DNA of 37,652 nt from a virus. The DNA is taken from the IMG/VR virus record IMGVR_UViG_3300009481_000002, positions 1 through 37,652 of that record; one strand, 5' to 3'. Positions 32,693 to 37,652 of this stretch are shown piece after piece (the stretch's first letter is position 1; each line of letters starts with the position of its first letter). A program made the position numbers and the translations under genes. The notes under the pieces were generated by a model. It was given only the letters and a program-made list of their open reading frames with translations, was not told the DNA's origin and ran no database searches.

Positions 32693-34807
32693 TTAAACCC
32701 TCCCAAACGAATCAGCTAAAGCATCAACAAGACTATATATCTTTTCTTGCCCTTTATTACTACCTAAATAATCTCCAGTAGAGCGCACATAATTTTCTGC
32801 TTCCCAAGTAGTCATCAATCTAGGGCTACCTGAATTATCAACATAATTTATAACCGGATTCCATTTACTATCACGCAAATCAACTTTCTTACCTAACAAA
32901 TTCTCAATAGATGTTTCAGTATTAAAAAGTAACTGCTTAGGAGTTACCCCTAATTTTGTAGCTTGCTCTTCTAAATGCGGATAAGCAATATACGCTTGAT
33001 CCTGCAACATTTGTTTAAATTCTTCTTGAGTTAAATCACCAGTAAGCAACTGCTCTGCATATTCTCTAGCTTGTTCTTCATTCATATTTAAATAATAATC
33101 GCCAGCAGTTACTAAAGTATTTTCTACCATTCCTTGAAATTCATTTAACTCATTAACCATTTCTTTATTTTCAATTTCAGCAAAAATAGTTTTATACAAC
33201 GTATCAGTATTTGTTTGTGTAACAGGGCCATTTAATCTTTGAAACTGATAAGCTAAATTATAAACTTCTTGGTCAGATAACTCATACCCAAGACCTCTAA
33301 GGCTATCGCTCACTTGATCTATAGTCGCTTGCAAAAATTCTAAACGATCTGCCTCACTCTTCTTTTGATACTCAACATCGAACTCACGCATACGTGAATT
33401 ATTTTCCATACCCCATTCAGTTTTACGCAACAAACTCGGAATTTGGTACAGCATAGCGTTTTCAGTAGTCGGGTCTATATTAGTTGATTCTATATAAGTA
33501 ACAACGTCTACTTCTGTTAATTTTGAAGGATCGTTATATGCAACAGGGTTACCATTAATATCAAGCCCTATATATAAATCACCTCTTATGTCACGGTCAT
33601 ACATAAAGAAACCAAACGCACCGTATTGTTCACTTAAACCAGTTGCATCTCCTAACGTATCCGCAAAAGATGGAATCCCTAAAAACGGTCCGCTACCACT
33701 CAAAGTTGTTTCTTGAGCAGGTTGAGCTTGCGTCCCAGAAGAACGTAAAGAACCATCTGCCATAAATGCCCTAGACGACATGCGGTTTTGTTGGCCAGTA
33801 CCTTGATTGCGAGATCTAGTAGCTCCAACATAACCCGTGTCTTTAGGAAGAGCAGCGCTACCACCTTGGAACGGATCGCCCATACCAAATTCTCTTAACG
33901 TGCCAGTAGCTGCGTGTGCAGCAACCTCTTTACTTCTTCCAGTTCTTATAAGATTAGCTTCATCATTTCGCCTGCCATACAAAGCACCGCCATCATTAGA
34001 AGCTAAACCATATTCTGTATTATCAATATAATCAGCTAACGCTAAAACATCGCCAGTATCTACAGCTTTATTAATTTCTTTAACAAAATCTGGGCCACCA
34101 GCAGAACCATAATTATACGTAATTGACATAACCGCAGCTTGCGTATTCGCATCTAAAGACTGATACCTTTCTTGCCCAGCAGCTAACAACTCTTCTCTAT
34201 TCTCAAACCCATAAATAGTTACATGGCCATATTGATCTAATTCAACATACGGTTCAGCAGCACCTGAAGGCAACGGAGCGTATTTTTCACCATCAGCCTC
34301 CGAACTAATAAAATCATACTGCCAACCATCACCAAACCTATTAATATAATCTTGATCGCTACTACCTTTACGCAAACTAGCGGTATTCAATGCAAGTTCA
34401 GCAAATAAAATTTCTCTATGTTTTTCAATTTCTTGATCTAAACGAGCAAGAGCTGTTTCTTTATCCATAGTGTCGCCCATTTGAACGCCACCAGTAAACC
34501 CAAACCCTATAGTCGGCACATCATCGCCACGCAAAGGATCTGAATAAGCATTTTCACGGAACCCTTCATGCGCCATAATTACCGCACGTTCTAACTCTAT
34601 ATTTTGATTACGTGAATCACGCAACTCATTTTCAACTCTTCTTTGAGAATCCAACGTAGCTTTTTCCGCATCAAACGACCTAATCAACTCAAGCGCAAAC
34701 TTATAATCTCCGTCAGTTTCAGCTAAATTTTCAAACTTATTCCAATCAATATTAGGAATAGCCATAGTGCCTCCCATCAGCAACACTACTAACCAACGCA
34801 AAAACAT
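32693..34807 (-). CDS. Internal virion protein with a lysozyme-like (GH24-type) domain (704 aa; the alternative start ATG 34765 follows GGGAGG)
   Basis: AHEGFRENAYSDPLRGDDVPTIGFGFTGG fits the E-G...AY-D...TIG-G signature of phage lysozymes. YGRRNDEANLI lies near the end of the domain. Confidence 0.6.
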   Translation of the reverse strand: MFLRWLVVLLMGGTMAIPNIDWNKFENLAETDGDYKFALELIRSFDAEKATLDSQRRVENELRDSRNQNIELERAVIMAHEGFRENAYSDPLRGDDVPTIGFGFTGGVQMGDTMDKETALARLDQEIEKHREILFAELALNTASLRKGSSDQDYINRFGDGWQYDFISSEADGEKYAPLPSGAAEPYVELDQYGHVTIYGFENREELLAAGQERYQSLDANTQAAVMSITYNYGSAGGPDFVKEINKAVDTGDVLALADYIDNTEYGLASNDGGALYGRRNDEANLIRTGRSKEVAAHAATGTLREFGMGDPFQGGSAALPKDTGYVGATRSRNQGTGQQNRMSSRAFMADGSLRSSGTQAQPAQETTLSGSGPFLGIPSFADTLGDATGLSEQYGAFGFFMYDRDIRGDLYIGLDINGNPVAYNDPSKLTEVDVVTYIESTNIDPTTENAMLYQIPSLLRKTEWGMENNSRMREFDVEYQKKSEADRLEFLQATIDQVSDSLRGLGYELSDQEVYNLAYQFQRLNGPVTQTNTDTLYKTIFAEIENKEMVNELNEFQGMVENTLVTAGDYYLNMNEEQAREYAEQLLTGDLTQEEFKQMLQDQAYIAYPHLEEQATKLGVTPKQLLFNTETSIENLLGKKVDLRDSKWNPVINYVDNSGSPRLMTTWEAENYVRSTGDYLGSNKGQEKIYSLVDALADSFGRV

Positions 34808-34822
34808 AACCCAAATCTATCA

Positions 34823-35965
34823 TTACATATTCCTAACAGCAGCTTCAATAGCTCTAATAGTCGAACCCTCAGCTTCAGCTAGAGACAATTTAGGGAACTC
34901 TTCTTGCACAAACTTTTTAGCTTGAGAATCTACCATAGGCATTTGCATATTATCAGTATAATAATGGTCAACTGTTTCTTTCATAAAAACAACAAACGCT
35001 CGTTTCTGCGCTTCTGTTAATTCAATACCTAACATTTGGCCAGCTTTGTTATTAACAGCATCCATTAAATACACAGGGTCGTAATCTTTATAACCTTCTT
35101 GTTCTTGTTCTTGGCTTATACCTAATTCAAATAAAGCCTGTATTTGTTCTACTGTTCTTCCGCTTTGACCAGTTAAAATATTAAACGTTGTTGCATCACC
35201 AGTACCAAACTGGGCAGGTATTGGAACACCACCTACATCAGTAACAGGCAACGTAGGTTTAGCAATTTCCATCATTCTATACGCTTCTAGCATCTGGTTA
35301 TTAAACGCAATATCGTCAAACGAACCATCAGACCTAAAAATATCGCCCATATTGCCAATATTCACAAACGCTAATTCAATAGCTATTAATGCTTTCTGGT
35401 CATCTGGCAAATAATTAAGTACTTCACCTATATTTTCTTTAATAAACCATTCATCAGTTTCAGAAAAAAGCTCAGCTAACGCTTCTTCCTCATCAGTACT
35501 ATAAGTAGTTTCTGGTGTAGGTCTAACTCCCAAAGACGTAGCTGGTGCTACTACCCCTTCTGTGCCTTCAGGGATAAATCCTTCTCTAACCATTTCAGGA
35601 TTAATTGTTCCCAAAGTAGGAGTAGTTAACGACAAAACACTTTTAAACTCATCGCTGTCTCTTACCTCTATAAGAAAACTATCTAATTCATCTTTAGTAA
35701 CACCTTCAGGATTTACTGAACTAAGTCCTATTAATTTATTATTTTCAAGAATTGTTTGATTAAAAACTCCAAGTATTTCCGGTTGTGTAAGCAACGAGTT
35801 TGCATCATATTCTTCGGTACTTGCAAAATCAGTTTCCCAACTTCTTTCAATTTGTTTAAAAACTACAGAATCTTCAACAGATTCATACAATGCAATATAT
35901 TGCTCAGCTCTGTTGTCGCCGAATATTCTTTTTAAATTATCTTTAGCTTTATCGCTTAACTCCAT
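34823..35965 (-). CDS. Hypothetical virion protein (380 aa)
   Basis: Track ORF between the giant ORF and the lysozyme-domain protein. Confidence 0.6.
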   Translation of the reverse strand: MELSDKAKDNLKRIFGDNRAEQYIALYESVEDSVVFKQIERSWETDFASTEEYDANSLLTQPEILGVFNQTILENNKLIGLSSVNPEGVTKDELDSFLIEVRDSDEFKSVLSLTTPTLGTINPEMVREGFIPEGTEGVVAPATSLGVRPTPETTYSTDEEEALAELFSETDEWFIKENIGEVLNYLPDDQKALIAIELAFVNIGNMGDIFRSDGSFDDIAFNNQMLEAYRMMEIAKPTLPVTDVGGVPIPAQFGTGDATTFNILTGQSGRTVEQIQALFELGISQEQEQEGYKDYDPVYLMDAVNNKAGQMLGIELTEAQKRAFVVFMKETVDHYYTDNMQMPMVDSQAKKFVQEEFPKLSLAEAEGSTIRAIEAAVRNM

Positions 35966-35974
35966 AACACTATC

Positions 35975-37652
35975 CTAGTCTGCCCAACTGTTCTTGGGAA
36001 TAAGATCATTCTCTAAAAACCTTGAATAGAACAAAGCAAAATCTGGCCTAGTAGCAAACTCAGATCTAACTTGATCCCACTCATACATTAATAATCTATT
36101 GTTATCAGCTTCCAAAGAACTACTAGGCAACCTTCTCAAATCATTTTCAAAATCGTTCCGAATATCTAAATACTCTACAAGGCTACCAATCCAAGGCTTA
36201 TACGCTAACGACGGTTCTTCAACCAAAGCCCTAGCGCCTTCCATTACCTCAGCAATATAATTAGAAGAACTAAATTCTTCAATCGCTTCACCAAACAACG
36301 GATATTTTTCACTAAGTTCTGCTTTTTTGAGATCATAATATAGCTTTAAACCAGAATGAACAGCAGCAGAAGGCGAATTACTTAACCCATCATTAGCATA
36401 CAACAACTGATTATAAGACGGGCTTCCTTCTACACCATCTATTGGGCTATCTTTCCAAGCGTTTAATTCAGTATATCCACGTGACACTTCTGTCTGTTTA
36501 ATAAATTCTTCAGGCGTATAAATTTCACGCCATCCTTCATTCATAAAAATTTGTTGAACAGCCGGTGAAAACGCCCCATCTTCAATAGCGCTGACACGCA
36601 AAGAATTAGTTACAACAGAAGTCATTACAGGATATTTTTCTATAAAATCTTTATGTTTTTGAGATAATTTAAACGACTCTATTGTCGGAGCAACACCTTT
36701 AGCATTTCTAGTTGCGTTACCGCTTAGAAAGAAAAACTCTTCGCCGTAAAGATTAAGGAATTGGTTAACAGCCCATTCAGGTTCTAAACCTAAAGCTCTA
36801 CCATGTTCTTCTAATTGATTTAATTTTATAATATACGGTTCATACGGAGAACCTTCAGCAGAAGCTACAGGTATTACAGTAGTTGCAAGAAACTTTAAGA
36901 ACCCGACACTTTGTGTCATTTCTTCAGCTTTAGCTATAACGTTACTTTGTACTTCAGGGTCAGTGTAGTCGTAAGGAGTTCCTGCTTCTCTAGCTTTAAC
37001 GTCAAGGTAAGTCACCATATCAATCATGGTCAATCCGTAGTTTTGTTTATTGCCGTAACGGAAAGGGTTATCTGGATCTAACGCTGTGTAGTATAAATGA
37101 TCGGCCCATGACGGAGTAAATTCTTGAACAAAACGTTCAACAAAGTTTCCATCTGGGTGGCCGAATGGGAACATCCATCCAGCAACTTTTTCTATTTCAG
37201 GTTTTTTAAAATCAAACATAAACGTTCGTAAAGGCAACGTAATAAACGGGCCAGCACTAGGAGTTGTTTTAGTTAACATCGTAAACAACCCATCTTTATC
37301 TAACTTAATTCCAACCTCGTCAACAAGCTCACCGACACTACCAATAGGAGAACTAGGCAACACCTGATTAGCAGCGTCACTAATACTATTAGTAAATTTA
37401 GGATTAACTAACAACGATGCAAGAGCGCTATCTTTAGGTCTAAACACAACATTTAAATTTCCGTATTGATCTTCTTCTTGTGTTAACCCTAGGATCGGCA
37501 ATTCAACATCATCTTTAGTAAACAACCGAACACCTTTATAAACAAACGCAGGATTTTCTATAGCTAGCCCAGCCCACCTGCCAATAACTTCTTGCCACGC
37601 ATTAAAGAACGGCGACATAAAACCAACCATTTCAGCAAATTCGCTGTGTTCA
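35975..37652 (-). CDS. Giant virion-associated protein, C-terminal part. It is the same ORF as 1..4835, and 37530-37652 duplicates 1-123.
   Basis: The track ORF 35975..37630 stays open upstream to the window end (EHSEFAEMVGFMSPFF...). The full ORF is 6,390 nt, or 2,129 aa, in the circular genome. Confidence 0.8.
   Translation of the reverse strand, partial: EHSEFAEMVGFMSPFFNAWQEVIGRWAGLAIENPAFVYKGVRLFTKDDVELPILGLTQEEDQYGNLNVVFRPKDSALASLLVNPKFTNSISDAANQVLPSSPIGSVGELVDEVGIKLDKDGLFTMLTKTTPSAGPFITLPLRTFMFDFKKPEIEKVAGWMFPFGHPDGNFVERFVQEFTPSWADHLYYTALDPDNPFRYGNKQNYGLTMIDMVTYLDVKAREAGTPYDYTDPEVQSNVIAKAEEMTQSVGFLKFLATTVIPVASAEGSPYEPYIIKLNQLEEHGRALGLEPEWAVNQFLNLYGEEFFFLSGNATRNAKGVAPTIESFKLSQKHKDFIEKYPVMTSVVTNSLRVSAIEDGAFSPAVQQIFMNEGWREIYTPEEFIKQTEVSRGYTELNAWKDSPIDGVEGSPSYNQLLYANDGLSNSPSAAVHSGLKLYYDLKKAELSEKYPLFGEAIEEFSSSNYIAEVMEGARALVEEPSLAYKPWIGSLVEYLDIRNDFENDLRRLPSSSLEADNNRLLMYEWDQVRSEFATRPDFALFYSRFLENDLIPKNSWAD
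37530..37652. repeat. Terminal duplication copy 2. It is identical to 1-123.
   Basis: Same 123-nt string as the window start. This implies a unit genome of 37,529 bp. Confidence 0.95.

Noticed and set aside
37530-37652. The 123-bp repeat could be a genuine direct terminal repeat of a T7-like linear genome.
   Set aside because: The repeat lies in the middle of a continuous coding frame. Closing the circle restores a single intact 2,129-aa ORF. An assembly overlap or circular permutation is more parsimonious, although read-level data are needed.
1-37652. I searched for tRNA, rRNA, CRISPR, integrase, repressor or transposase features.
   Set aside because: I found no cloverleaf-compatible segment with a T-loop (GTTCRANYC) motif, no regular repeat-spacer array, and no recombinase-sized ORF.

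Overview
The window is a complete, circularly closed dsDNA phage genome. Bases 1-123 are identical to 37530-37652, so the unit length is 37,529 bp and the window boundary cuts through a gene.

Layout: two divergent arms leave a ~1.04-kb ORF-free control region (9526-10566).
- Rightward arm (10567-18659, + strand): about 25 small early genes, a WhiB-like regulator, and a recombination module (Cas4-like PD-(D/E)XK exonuclease, Rad52-like annealase, SSB, RHH protein, Hjc-like resolvase).
- Leftward arm (9525 down through base 1 = 37529 and on to 18634, - strand): an acidic and three ultrabasic mini-proteins, TerL, a portal candidate and a 122-aa protein. Then come a 2,129-aa giant ORF wrapping the window ends, three further large putative internal virion proteins (one with a lysozyme-like domain), scaffold and major capsid protein. 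After these come two paralogous tail fibres flanking an endolysin/holin cassette, tail proteins, a DnaQ-like exonuclease, a secreted polyacidic membrane-anchored protein and two small membrane proteins.
- The arms converge and overlap at 18634-18659.

No tape measure, sheath, integrase, repressor, RNA polymerase, DNA polymerase, primase or helicase is recognisable. I infer a lytic podovirus-like phage. WhiB, an r1t-like holin, PT-rich linkers and SD sequences complementary to a CCUCCUUUCU 16S tail point to an actinobacterial host, probably a low-GC lineage.

Most unusual signals:
1. Six copies of a ~65-nt two-hairpin intergenic module with compensatory stem changes between the first early genes.
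2. A 108-nt tract made almost only of C and A inside the 1-kb non-coding region.
3. A translationally coupled run of one acidic and three ultrabasic mini-proteins where a small terminase would be expected.
4. The 2,129-aa ORF, 17% of the genome, with no recognisable domain.
5. A signal-peptide / PT-linker / ~210-aa polyacidic / TM protein.

All functional calls rest on motifs read by eye. No database search was possible.
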